This document shows, in pieces, positions 13,759 to 27,700 of a stretch of DNA of 64,000 nucleotides (position 1 is the first letter of the stretch; the number at the start of each line of letters is the position of its first letter). The notes under the pieces were generated by a model. It made no database searches and was not told the DNA's origin. It was given only the letters and a program-made list of their open reading frames with translations. This stretch comes from Macrostomum lignano (taxonomy: Eukaryota): the NCBI GenBank assembly GCA_002269645.1, contig NIVC01000485.1:1-64000 (forward strand), read 5' to 3'. Both the position numbers and the translations under genes were made by a program.

Positions 13759-13877
13759 CATTCAAACGTGTGTTGTGTTTGAAATAATACATTGAAATAA
13801 GCAGTTTTGCGGTAAAAAAGCATAGACAGAGTTTCAATCAGCTTTCTGTGAAACTGATATGAAACTGATGTGAAACT

Positions 13878-13878
<1 letters not shown>

Positions 13879-13911
<33 letters not shown>

Positions 13912-13912
13912 G

Positions 13913-13959
<47 letters not shown>

Positions 13960-13996
13960 GACTAACTAACTAACTGACTAACTAACTAACTAACTG

Positions 13997-14053
<57 letters not shown>

Positions 14054-14060
14054 TTAACTG
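13879..14060. repeat. (CTAA)n microsatellite at the truncation point of SLCO copy 2
   Basis: Direct reading; the homologous (TTAG)n tract lies in intron 2 of copy 3 at ~29825-30260. Confidence 0.95.
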
Positions 14061-14210
14061 ACGAACTGACCAATCACAGTTTTCAAGATCATCTTACACT
14101 CATAAATTAAACCTAGTAGTGAAAAGTAAGTGGAAATGATCCACAAGAAACCAGAAGCAACTGAAGATAGCTTGTATGTCACAAAAGCAGAAGAATGAAC
14201 AAAAACTCAC

Positions 14211-15248
14211 AGCATCGCAAGCCGGATCGTAGCTGAGACTGCCGCAATGGCAGGCGGCATTGCAGCTCACATTTAGCTGCAACTGAGCAGCAGCTGTTGA
14301 TGATGAAGCTGCCGCACCGCTAGTAGCCGGGATGCCATACTGAGCATTCAGTCCCGCCATGCTGACATTCGGACAGGTGCAAAATGCCAGGCCAATAGTG
14401 AGCAATGTGGTAGCGGCGCACAGGCCCATCATGAGTAGGCTCACCGATTTGTTGCTAGGCCTATAGCGGCGCATTATTAAAGCCCCGGCGCCGATGCCAA
14501 TCACGGCGCTAGGAATGACGAGAGCGCCTGGTAGTAGTTTTGGGGGGAGCAAGTTTGTTAAACCGAAGCTGGTGGTGTCAGAATGGGAGTTAAACCGAGG
14601 ATCTGTCGGGATGGACACTGAAGGATGTGTTGAGATGGACACTGAAGGATGTGTCATGATGGGACACTGAAGGATGTGTCATGATGGGACACTGAAGGAT
14701 GTGTCATGATGGGACACTGAAGGATGTGTCATGATGGGACACTGAAGGATGTGTCATGATGAACACTGAAGGATGTGTCATGATGGGACACTGAAGGATG
14801 TGTCATGATGGACACTGAAGGATCTGTCAAAATATACACTTAAGGACCTGCTAGTCAACGAAATATACGAAGTCACTGAATTGAATTTTAAAAATCAAGA
14901 CACAAACCTGTGATGATGCTGGATTGCGTCACTGGGATATTAAAAGACTTTTGCATGTACTTGTTGACGTAAGCAACGAAGGCTTGTACTACAGACTGCT
15001 CGGCCACAATTAGCAGACTGATAAACAGCCATAACGCGTTTTTGAACAGCCGCTTTAAACCGGCTGGGATGTCGCGAATGTGCGGCTTCTCAGCCGGACT
15101 TAAAGAAGCTGCCGACTGATCCAGAGACGAGTTAGGCTCTTCATCGTCATCATTTGTTGAAGACACAATCGCTGCGTCGCTATTTGTTGTTGAAGAATTT
15201 CGCGTCAACTCGTCGGCGTCTAGAGAGGACGTTGAACGTTGCGCTTTT

Positions 15249-15280
<32 letters not shown>

Positions 15281-16750
15281 TTGCTTCTGCAACCGTTTCG
15301 CTGCAGTGTGCGGCATTACAGTTGGAAATGCCAGCAGAGGAACAGCCACCAGCAGAGCGAGACCAGCGAAAATGACGAATCCTAGCCACCAGGCTCCCGT
15401 CCATAGAGGATGGCTGGTTGTTAAACCGTCGGGCGCTGAGCTTGGAAAGTTCACGTACAACGACAGGAACACAGCGCCGCCTAGGAAGCCGCAAGCCGGT
15501 CCAAGAGCGCTAGTGATGTGCAACGAAGCCGCGTACAGAGGATAGCTCTTCTGAGGTACATTGTCCCACAGGTAGGTTGGGGCGAGGATGTACACGGGGC
15601 TAGCGCCCAGGCCAATGAGACCAAAGCTCAGGCATAGGATCAGCAAGGCTGAGTCCTGCACTTGACAGTTCATATCTGAAGTGCCGCCACCGCCTCCCCC
15701 GCTGCACAGCTTGACTCCACTGCTACTAATCGTGGAGGCAGAAGAGCCAGTCGAAGAAGAGGAAGCATTACCAGACACTGGCACCGTGTTACTAATGGCA
15801 CTGCCAAGGAAGTGAGGAAAAGCAAAGAAAAAATATCCAATACCAATGATTGCGCAGCCAATGCCCAATAGACGGGATCTGTTGCCGCCGTGACCAAAAT
15901 ACGATATGAAGAATGTAGCCACAATGCAGAACACTTCATACGACGCGTATATGTAGCCAATCTCTTTAGTTGTTAGTCCGTATCTCAGCTCAATAGTAGT
16001 ATTGATGCTATTAATATAGCCGCTGACTATGAAGCTTTGGACAAAGTACAAGCCAATGACGGACACAAGGAATGGCAGGGGGCGGGCGAGCGGCTGCAGA
16101 CAGGCAGGGTGGTAGCAGAACAGGCCGCATTGGGTGAGCTTCGGGTCCAGCTCTGGCTCCGTCGATGTCGTCGTTGTCGTAGCCTCCGAAGCATCGTTGA
16201 CAATTCCGACATCGTCTCCGTCCGAAGCCGAAGTTGTTGGCGTCTCTAGCTGGGTGGCGCCGACTGCCAACTCGTAGTCTCGAGCTCGACTGTTGCCATG
16301 CTGATGCTGATCCTGTCGATTGTCAACGATTGACTCGGTGTTGAAGCCTCCAGGCAGGATGGCCAGGCCTGGAAGAAACAGCTGGTGCGGAGTCGGCGGG
16401 CAGCTGTGCATTCGTCGATGGCCCAGAGCTGCTCCGTGTTGGTTCTGCTGCTGATGGTGCTGATGATGACGAGGCACGACGCGAGGTCCAGGCGCAAACG
16501 AATGCGCTCGAGCCACCGCGGCTGACTTATCAGTAGACGATGCGTGGTTGTGATGACGATTATTGAGCGGCCCGGCGTCGCTTTTTAGTCGGCGATGACC
16601 GTTGGGGGCGGCGGTGCTGTGCTCATGGCCGCCGTTAGGGGCGGCGGTGCTGTGCTCATGGCCGCCGTTAGGGGCGGCGGTGCTGTGCTCATGGCCGCCG
16701 TTAGGGGCGGCGGTGCTGTGCTCATGGCCGCCGTTTTGACCCGGCGGCAT
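14211..16750 (-). CDS. SLCO: SLCO/OATP copy 2: exon 1 (16750-14908, intact frame) and exon 2 (14527-14211); exon 3 not present
   Basis: 633-aa ORF with OATP motifs (YISYFG..NRSRLLG, LGPACGFLGG, WxGAWWLGF); GT-AG junctions are phase-compatible; similarity to copy 3 stops at the (CTAA)n tract. Confidence 0.88.
14605..14825. repeat. 25-bp intronic minisatellite (SLCO intron 1; inverted copy ~29060-29280)
   Basis: Tandem CATGATGGGACACTGAAGGATGTGT. Confidence 0.92.
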
Positions 16751-19648
16751 GTTGCCGCTGGGCGTCAAGGATGCTGAATTGGACGCCACAACTGCTAATA
16801 TTGCGCATGAAAATTAGTTTTTTTATAGATACTTTTATTATATGATTATTAAAGATTCAGAAACACTACAGATAGAACACAAATCTGTTTGTCTGTCTCT
16901 CTTCGAGTCTTAGTGTTTGCTTGTCCGTCCATCTTCGTGTCTTAGTGCTTCTGTCTGTCTTCGTGTCTTAGCGCTTCTGTCTGTCTTCGTGTCTTAGTGC
17001 TTCTGTCTGTCTTCGTGGTTTAGTGCTTCTGTCTGTCTTCGTGTCTTAGCGCTTCTGTCTGTCTTCGTGTCTTAGCGCTTCTGTCTGTCTTCGTGTCTTA
17101 GCGCTTCTGTCTGTCTTCGTGTCTTAGTGCTTCTGTCTGTCTTCGTGGTTTAGTGCTTCTGTCTGTCTTCGTGTCTTAGCGCTTCTGTCTGTCTTCGTGG
17201 TTTAGTGCTTCTGTCTGGCTTCGTGTCTTAGTGCTTCTGTCTGTCTTCGTGGTTTAGTGCTTCTGTCTGTCTTCGTGGTTTAGTGCTTCTGTCTGTCTTC
17301 GTGGTTTAGTGCTTCTGTCTGTCTTCGTGTCTTAGCGCTTCTGTCTGTCTTCGTGTCTTAGTGCTTCTGTCTGTCTTCGTGTCTTAGCGCTTCTGTCTGT
17401 CTTCGTGGTTTAGTGCTTCTGTCTGTCTTCGTGGTTTAGTGCTTCTGTCTGTCTTCGTGTCTTAGTGCTTCTGTCTGTCTTCGTGGTTTAGTGCTTCTGT
17501 CTGTCTTCGTGGTTTAGTGCTTCTGTCTGTCTTCGTGGTTTAGTGCTTCTGTCTGTCTTCGTGTCTTAGCGCTTCTGTCTGTCTTCGTGGTTTAGTGCTT
17601 CTGTCTGTCTTAGTGTCTTAGCGCTTCTGTCTGTCTTCGTGTCTTAGCGCTTCTGTCTGTCTTCGTGGTTTAGTGCTTCTGTCTGTCTTCGTGTCTTAGC
17701 GCTTCTGTCTGTCTTCGTGGTTTAGTGCTTCTGTCTGTCTTCGTGGTTTAGTGCTTCTGTCTGTCTTCGTGTCTTAGCGCTTCTGTCTGTCTTCGTGTTT
17801 TAGTGCTTCTGTCTGTCTTCGTGCTTCTGTCTGTCTTCGTGTCTTAGCGCTTCTGTGCGTATTCGTGTCTAGCGCTTCTGTCTGTCTTAGTGTCCTGGTG
17901 GTCTGTCTGTCTGTTTTAGTTTCGTGGTGTTTCTGTCTATCTGTCTTTGTGTCCGTTTGTCTGCTTTTCAATCGGCCTTTTAGAACTTTACATGACAGTA
18001 ACATGCTACATACTCGTACATATCATATCTGTCTACGATACATCTGAGAAGTGTTTTCAAAATATTTCAAGATACGAGAGCACATACTTTTCTTATGTTT
18101 TAGCGATAAATATAACTATTATGTTTTGAAGCGCAAAACGATTAGGTAACCTCAGACTGTCACTATCTATTGCGTATGGTGAGTGTATAATATAATATTT
18201 TATATATAATATAATTAGACCAAGAAAACAGGCTTATAAAGATAAATAAGGCAACCTTATTTATGAGTATTGGTAAAAGTCTTGAGAAAAATTAAAATTG
18301 CGAGCATAATCGAAGATAAACTAAATAAAACTGCATATTTAATTGTATGGAATATACAGACTGCAGTAAAAGCTCTAGTGCAGTGCTTCCACAGCCGGAA
18401 CTAAGCCTATCAAAAAAGCCCTCTCCCCCCCCCCCCACCTGACAACGCCCTAGCAACGGCATGAATAAAGTCTAACAGGCAGACAATGTTAGCTCAGTGC
18501 TAGCAGAACATGAGTATAGGAGAGATATAAGGGGGTAAGAGAGAAAATAAGAGTAAACAGTGTGCTGGACTCGCACGGATTTACTGTGGGCACACCACAC
18601 ACACAATGAGCTTGAGCACAGGATTTTAGCAAAATGTGTAATGCGTAAAGCTAGGTTTTAGTGAAACACTAAAAGTACACAGAGTGTTTTCCTCCCTTCT
18701 CTCACTCTGCCTGATTAGGTAAGCAGTTCAAATTTAAGGGCGGAAAATCACGTGAATCGGTCTAGGGATTCAGGTATATATTAAAACAAAAACAACTAGC
18801 TACCGGGCTACGGGCAATAAAAAAACAAAAAAAGTACTGAGAAGTGAGAAAGCAGTAACAGGTGCTTGGCTAGCAGTATATAGCAGTGATTTCTAAGCCA
18901 AAGATTGGGCCTACAAAAATTCACCCAGTCTTTGTGATAAGTCTCCCTTGAGGGTTCTCTCTTTCACAAAAACTCGCAAATTACTTTCTGCCAGCTTTAC
19001 GCGCTCTGAAAAAAGTTTTGCACGTCCTTTCGTTTGGACTTTGGATTGACGCGTCGCTTTTTATGAGTATATGGTCGCGAAAATCGTGCCTGCACCCTTT
19101 CCCTCTCGTTCTGTCCCTTCGTCCTACATAATCAGTGAACAACTGATGTTCTTGTAGGCCTAGGGGGTATTGAAATTATCGATCCGTTTTCAACCCCCTT
19201 ATCTTTCTTTTCTTGCCTCCCCCTCCCTCTGTGTTGGCCTCTTGTCACTTTAATTATTTTATTGCCCTTGTATTGATCAACCACCCCTTCCTTTAAAAAA
19301 CTAAATTAACTATCTAGGTCTTGCACTTCGCTTGGGTTCTCATTTGGGTTGGTGGGTCCATGAGAATTGCCCGCTGACGAATTGCAATTCACTCGCGAGC
19401 AAATCTCGGCGGGCAATTCTCATGCTCCCCGTTGGGGTCTTGTCGTGACTCGTGATGCTTTTCTATCTAACTGTACTTTCTTACTTCCAATCATAACAAA
19501 AACTTTAAAGCGATCAAGCTCCGAAAATGCTGGCAACGCCTATCATGAAATCGAAATAATCACAAACCTGAAATATCATAACACTGAACTGCTAACAACG
19601 CTAAACGCTGTATTGTTTTTGGAATTACGAGTTTCAGTTTTAAGATAA

Positions 19649-21976
19649 TGTAGTGTACGCCCACTCTATGCCTTTACTCTTCTGTGATGACTAACCATAG
19701 CCCTCTCGACCAACGTGCACTGCCACTTGTCCCTCAACTATTGCGTAACATTGTAGCCGCACGTCGGCGGTGATACTATATAGTAGCTCAAATATACGGT
19801 CCAAGAGACCATGATTTTCTCAGCACACAAGCGCACTACAATGGCGTCGCGAGCAAGCCTACCCACACCGCCCACATTGAACTTGCGCGAAGAGCCCCAT
19901 GCGGCACATACGAAGTGGAGCAAGTGGCTGGCTCATTTCCAGCTGTTCGCCGCGGCTGCTGACATCTCTGACAAGAAGCGACTTCGCCAACTCCTATACA
20001 CAGCGGGCGAGGACCTGCAGGCCATTGCAGCCGGACTCGCCGACACCGGTGATGACGTCGACAAGCTCATCAAGGCTCTCAATGAGCACTTCACCAGCCA
20101 GCTCAACCTGCCCTTCACCCGCTACCAGTTCCGGCTGTGCACCCAGCAGACCGGAGAGTCCCTGGACGACTGGCTGCGGCGGCTCAACAACACCGCGGAC
20201 TGCTGCAAATTCGAAGGCCTCCGGGACTCGCTGATCCGCAACCAGCTGATCGCCGGCTGTAGCTCCGAGCAGCTCCGCAGGAAGCTGCTGGCCATGGACA
20301 ACGTGGACCTGGGCAGGCGGTCCGGGTGGCCAGAGCCATGGAGGCAGCGGAGTCGCAGGCCAGCCTCATGGAGACCAGCGCAGCGACCGTGCATCGGTTG
20401 CGGAAGCTCGAGTTCAGCCCGCCAGGGCAGCCGCAGAGATCAGCCACGCAGACAGCCGATCGCACGCAGCCAAAGTGCATCCGCTGCGGCAACTTCGGCC
20501 ACCGCAGCTGCAGCGCAGCGGTAGGCAAGACCTGCAACCGATGCGGCAAGCCAAATCACCTCGCCAAGGCCTGCCTGTCCCGGCCGGAGGACGTGCGAGC
20601 TCTGCGGCTCGGCAGCGACAGTTCAGGCGAAGAGGACGACGTATTCTGCCTGACCGTGATGGCCTCAGACACGAACGCAACAGCGGCTCTTGCCACGGTG
20701 CTGGTAGAAGCGACTCCAGTGCAGGTGCTGGTGGACAGCGGAGCCGACTGTAACATTCTCACTGAGGCAGCCTGGCGAGAGCTCCCGGGACCCCCAGGCC
20801 TTCAGCCGACGACAAAGAAGATTTTATCATTTCGATCAGCTAAACCTCTGCGCACTGTGGGAGCCTGCAGCCTGCAGGTTTCGGTTGGCTCAATGGTCCG
20901 ACTTCATCATCGTCCCAGGGACCGGCACCAGCGTGCTCGGCCGTGCAACCTCGACATCCCTGCAGCTGCTGAGTCTGGGGACGCAGGCCCGGGCACCGGC
21001 CAGAGAGGCAACAAGTCTGAGCGATTCTCCAAACGCGCAACCAGTCCAGGACAACGTACCGCTGCAGCAGCTCAACTCCGTCAAGTCCGCACCGGAAGGC
21101 CCGAACATCAAGAGCGTCCGCGATGCCACAGCTGGGGACCTGGCTCTGACCTTCGTCATGCAGGCGTTGGCAACTGGCAACTGGCGCTCCGGCGCTACAG
21201 CCCAGGACGGCAGCTTCCACTCGCTCAAGGATGAGCTCCAGGTGCGTGATGGCGTGCTGCTCAGGGGCAACAGAATCGTTGTACCCGCAGCGCTTCAGCA
21301 GCAGACCATCAGTTGGGCCCACCAGGGTCAATTCGGCAGGAGGAAGGCCATCGACCAGCTGCGGGGGAGTCAAGGAGACGCCAGCGCCAGGACATCGGAG
21401 GCGTTGGCGCGAGCGAGACGCTCTCAGCCGGCCAACAGCGGCCGGCAGACACAGCAGACGTTCAGCAGCCGTCCGAGCCCGGCTGGAAGCTGGTGACCAG
21501 ACGGCGCACGCCGCTAATTTCGATCGGCGCTCCGCCAGGTGACCGAAGGGTGCGACGGCATTTGGGAGGTCCACTGGCCGCACGACAGCACGTCAGCAAA
21601 CCACAAGGCCAGCAAAACAGAGCCTCATCCTACTAACTGCAGACTGCAGACTACTAATTATCACATGTACATGCAAACGTAAATTTCACTCAACGGCTGA
21701 CTAACACAACTGTTCCGAAATCTCGTTTCGTTAATCTCCGTTAATCGAATTACAGACTTTGTACTTTTTTGGTTAGGGGAGAGATGTAGTGTACGCCCAC
21801 TCTATGCCTTTACTCTTCTGTGATGACTAACCATAGCCCTCTCGACCAACGTGCACTGCCACTTGACCCTCAACTATTGCGTAACATTGTAGTCGCACGT
21901 CGGCAGTGATACTATATAGTAGCTCAAATATACGGTCCAAGAGATCATGATTTTCTCAGCACACAAGCGCACTACA
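19649..21976 (+). mobile_element. Second copy of the deleted Ty3/gypsy element (part of the segmental duplication)
   Basis: LTRs 19649-19840 and 21785-21976, TSD GATAA, same flanks as 3474-5804. Confidence 0.93.
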
Positions 21977-24771
21977 GATAATACAGATAATACTACAGAT
22001 AATGGGCGTTGCTAGCACTTTCGGTGTTGTGATATTTTGGCTTTGTGATCGATTGTGATGCCCCCCCCCCACAAGTGAATATCAGTGTTTCTCCTACAAT
22101 TATTATTTAATGTTCTCTGCTTTTGAAACTTCTTCCAAAAACAGCCAAAAGGCAAGAGAAGCGATAAGACTTGCTAATTGTCATAGAGATTAGATAGGGA
22201 GGGGCCTTATACATTTATCAGTGCAGTGCACTTAGCTATGAGATTTTCACAATATCTGAAGCACTTATTTAGCACAGTGCCTCAGAAAGTAAATGAAATG
22301 CAATAAGTCTGAGCTTACTAGTACATGCTTCACTGTACTATAACTGTTTAAAGGCTGTAATTACCATGGAAACGAGGCAGACAGTTTTGCAAATAAAGAC
22401 AGCTTTAATAATAGCAGTTCTAAAGAACAAGTGTTTAATACTTTGTGCGTGAATCAATGGCAATGGCAAAAATGGAAAACTATGAATTATACTATAATAA
22501 CAATTTTTATTTTGAAGGAAATGGTCATATTTCTTAGTAGGGCCATATTAAGAGTGTCATATCAATTTCACAGAAAATTTGCACCCTGAGAAACCAGGGA
22601 TTTTTTGGCTAAAACCCTAGGGTAAGGTCCCTAATAAAGAATGTATAGACATAAAAAATGTATCCATTCAAAGTTCAAAACCAAAAGATTAAAGAAAGCT
22701 ACAGATGTGTAGTAGTTTGACTTTGTACATTAAAAGTTGTCAAACTCTAGCCTGTGGGTCCTTTGAAACTTCACAATAGCAATCTAAACTTACTTAAGGT
22801 TGTGTCTTTTATCAGCTCCCTACTTTCCAATTTCTTCCTCTCTCTTTCATTCTTTTTTTTTTTTTTTTGTCTCTTTATTCCTCTTTCTAATTTTTTCCTT
22901 TTTTCCATTTCTATATTTGAATTCCTAAGTATGGCTATCTTTCTTCTCCTATATTCCCTAACTTATTTTCCTATCTGTTTTCTTTCTCCTCTTTTCCCTT
23001 TTTCTAACCATTAGCAAATGTTTATTTGACTGCGTAACTGCTAGTATAGTAATAATATTATGTAAAGTATAAAACTCACTAGAAGAAAAATAAATAGCTC
23101 CCTAGGGTTAGCATCCCTAGGCCACATCATTATAGTAAAAGTCACAATAAGAAATCTATCCTAACAAAATCTACAATTCTATCAACTTTGCCTATCTATG
23201 ATAATTGGCATATTTATAATTGTTATCAATTGTCTGTTTGGCATAACTATAATTATAATACAATTATATTAATTAGAATATTATTGTATTCATAGTCTGG
23301 ATCATGTTGTCTATATACCTAAACAAAAATTGAATAAATTTATAAATGCACACCAAAAATATTTGAGTGCATACCTACACTCCCAAATAGTGCTGCCACT
23401 CAACATAATTATTTTTTGCACAGGGTAAAAAAATTGCCTAGATAGAAACCAAAGCTGATTGTTAGTAAAATGAAGAAAAAAATTAAGAAATTCAGTCTAA
23501 GGACTCCAGCATCCTTTTTTCTTGTCATATTTTTTCTAAGTCAAAACTTTCAAATCCTTAAAAACTCTTTCCTAAATGAATCAAATGATAAATCAAATGC
23601 TTAATTTTTGAAAATGAACAAAGTAGTATGAAAATTGCGTGTTTTATTTTAAGTGCAAACAAAGAGTAGCCATAACTGAAAAGTGAAATATCAATTTATC
23701 ATCATTTGAAGTGGAATTGAACATTTTGCTACTGACAGATTTTTAACAATCCAAAGTCTGATTTGCATAGAAATTTAAGGTCTTGCATATTATTTGCACA
23801 TTTGTGCAGAAAATTAAATCTTGCACACTGCGAAAAATTTGCGCAGCTGTGGCAGCACTGCTTTTAAATCTAGGCTAGTGTTAGAACAATAAATGACCTT
23901 TTTTGTTTTGAATAAATGACCTTTTTGGCTAATAATTTAGTTGACTATTTTTATCTTTTTTGCTTATACTATTTTACTTGTAGCAGAAAATTGATACCCA
24001 TAAACATTTGTTCAAATGCCTTATTACAAGCTTAAAAACTGGAAGAAAGCTTAAAATTTATGCAAAATTTGATTCTTTAAAATGCATACCAAGTGTATAT
24101 ATATATTATTTTCTTAGGAGGAGTAATACGCACAAACTATACATGTCTATTTTTTGGCATACAAGGACAATGTACACCCAAATTTTTTGGGCATATATTA
24201 TAAGACCCAAATGGCTAAAGTGTGGCCATTGCCCATTGGCTAAATAAAACAAATGCTAAATAAAACAAAAAATTAAGCATGTCTACAACTGTTTCAATTG
24301 ATCAATAACTATTGAATAAGCCTAGTTTAATACTTGATCAACAAAATTTTTCTTTATTCTATCTGTTTTTCATGTGCCATTTGACATATGCTGATATGCC
24401 TAGCTTAGACTTAGACCCCGAACTATTTCCTAATATAGTAATAGTAATAGGGTTTAGTGCTCCGCCGTAGCCGTAGCTACGGCTACGGGATCCTACGGCA
24501 AATACGGTAAAATAGGTGCCTACGGCAGCTACGATACGCTACCGTAGTAGCTGCTCTTACGGCTACGTCTAATGGAAATATGGTATTTGCTGTCACATTC
24601 CGTAGATTCCCGTAGCCATAGTTATTAATGTTAAAAATTGATAAAAATATTAGAAACAGGTAGAGTAAAACAAATATACATTTAGTAAACTGTATTATCA
24701 ACCTAGAAACTTATAGAATATACCTGAAAAAGTAACAATAAAACACTAGCAAACTCTAATTTTTATTAATG

Positions 24772-24786
24772 NNNNNNNNNNNNNNN
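24772..24786. other. Assembly gap (15 N)
   Basis: Run of N. Confidence 1.
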
Positions 24787-27700
24787 CTAGATAGTTAATT
24801 TAGTTTTTTAAAGGAAGGGGTGGTTGATCAATACAAGGGCAATAAAATAATTAAAGTGACAAGAGGCCAACACAGAGGGAGGGGGAGGCAAGAAAAGAAA
24901 GATAAGGGGGTTGAAAACGGATCGATAATTTCAATACCCCCTAGGCCTACAAGAACATCAGTTGTTCACTGATTATGTAGGACGAAGGGACAGAACGAGA
25001 GGGAAAGGGTGCAGGCACGATTTTCGCGACCATATACTCATAAAAAGCGACGCGTCAATCCAAAGTCCAAACGAAAGGACGTGCAAAACTTTTTTCAGAG
25101 CGCGTAAAGCTGGCAGAAAGTAATTTGCGAGTTTTTGTGAAAGAGAGAACCCTCAAGGGAGACTTATCACAAAGACTGGGTGAATTTTTGTAGGCCCAAT
25201 CTTTGGCTTAGAAATCACTGCTATATACTGCTAGCCAAGCACCTGTTACTGCTTTCTCACTTCTCAGTACTTTTTTTGTTTTTTTATTGCCGTAGCCCGG
25301 TAGCTAGTTGTTTTTGTTTTAATATATACCTGAATCCCTAGACCGATTCACGTGATTTTCCGCCCTTAAATTTGAACTGCTTACCTAATCAGGCAGAGTG
25401 AGAGAAGGGAGGAAAACACTCTGTGTACTTTTATTGTTTCACTAAAACCTAGCTTTACGCATTACACATTTTGCTAAAATCCTGTGCTCAAGCTCATTGT
25501 GTGTGTGGTGTGCCCACAGTAAATCCGTGCGAGTCCAGCACACTGTTTACTCTTATTTTCTCTCTTACCCCCTTATATCTCTCCTATACTCATGTTCTGC
25601 TAGCACTGAGCTAACATTGTCTGCCTGTTAGACTTTATTCATGCCGTTGCTAGGGCGTTGTCAGGTGGGGGGGGAGAGGGCTTTTTTGATAGGCTTAGTT
25701 CCGGCTGTGGAAGCACTGCACTAGAGCTTTTACTGCAGTCTGTATATTCCATACAATTAAATATGCAGTTTTTATTTAGTTTATCTTCGATTATGCTCGC
25801 AATTTTAATTTTTCTCAAGACTTTTACCAATACTCATAAATAAGGTTGCCTTATTTATCTTTATAAGCCTGTTTTCTTGGTCTAATTATATTATATATAA
25901 AATATTATATTATACACTCACCATACGCAATAGATAGTGACAGTCTGAGGTTACCTAATCGTTTTGCGCTTCAAAACATAATAGTTATATTTATCGCTAA
26001 AACATAAGAAAAGTATGTGCTCTCGTATCTTGAAATATTTTGAAAACACTTCTCAGATGTATCGTAGACAGATATGATATGTACGAGTATGTAGCATGTT
26101 ACTGTCATGTAAAGTTCTAAAAGGCCGATTGAAAAGCAGACAAACGGACACAAAGACAGACAGACAGAAACACACGAAACTAAAACAGACAGACAGACCA
26201 CCAGGACACTAAGACAGACAGAAGCGCTAGACACGAATACGCACAGAAGCGCTAAGACACGAAGACAGACAGAAGCACGAAGACAGACAGAAGCACTAAA
26301 ACACGAAGACAGACAGAAGCGCTAAGACACGAAGACAGACAGAAGCACTAAACCACGAAGACAGACAGAAGCACTAAACACGAAGACAGACAGAAGCGCT
26401 AAGACACGAAGACAGACAGAAGCACTAAACCACGAAGACAGACAGAAGCGCTAAGACACGAAGACAGACAGAAGCTAAGACACGAAGACAGACAGAAGCA
26501 CTAAACCACGAAGACAGACAGAAGCACTAAGACACGAAGACAGACAGAAGCACTAAACCACGAAGACAGACAGAAGCACTAAACCACGAAGACAGACAGA
26601 AGCACTAAACCACGAAGACAGACAGAAGCACTAAGACACGAAGACAGACAGAAGCACTAAACACGAAGACAGACAGAAGCGCTAAGACACGAAGACAGAC
26701 AGAAGCACTAAGACACGAAGACAGACAGAAGCACTAAACACACGAAGACAGACAGAAGCACTAAGACACGAAGACAGACAGAAGCGCTAAGACACGAAGA
26801 CAGACAGAAGCGCTAAGACACGAAGACAGACAGAAGCGCTAAGACACGAAGACAGACAGAAGCACTAAACCACGAAGACAGACAGAAGCACTAAGACACG
26901 AAGACAGACAGAAGCGCTAAGACACGAAGACAGACAGAAGCACTAAGACACGAAGATGGACGGACAAGCAAACACTAAGACTCGAAGAGAGACAGACAAA
27001 CAGATTTGTGTTCTATCTGTAGTGTTTCTGAATCTTTAATAATCATATAATAAAAGTATCTATAAAAAAACTAATTTTACAGCGCAATATTAGCAGTTGT
27101 GGCGTCCAATTCAGCATCCTTGACACCCAGCGGCAACATGCCGCCGGGTCAAAACGGCGGCCATGAGCACAGCACCGCCGCCCCTAACGGCGGCCATGAG
27201 CACAGCACCGCCGCCCCTAACGGCGGCCATGAGCACAGCACCGCCGCCCCTAACGGCGGCCATGAGCACAGCACCGCCGCCCCAACGGTCATCGCCGACT
27301 AAAAAGCGACGCCGGGCCGCTCAATAATCGTCATCACAACCACGCATCGTCTACTGATAAGTCAGCCGCGGTGGCTCGAGCGCATTCGTTTGCGCCTGGA
27401 CCTCGCGTCGTGCCTCGTCATCATCAGCACCATCAGCAGCAGAACCAACACGGAGCAGCTCTGGGCCATCGGCGAATGCACAGCTGCCCGCCGACTCCGC
27501 ACCACAGCTGTTTCTTCCAGGCCTGGCCATCCTGCCTGGAGGCTTCAACACCGAGTCAATCGTTGACAATCGACAGGATCAGCATCAGCATGGCAACAGT
27601 CGAGCTCGAGACTACGAGTTGGCAGTCGGCGCCACCCAGCTAGAGACGCCAACAACTTCGGCTTCGGACGGAGACGATGTCGGAATTGTCAACGATGCTT

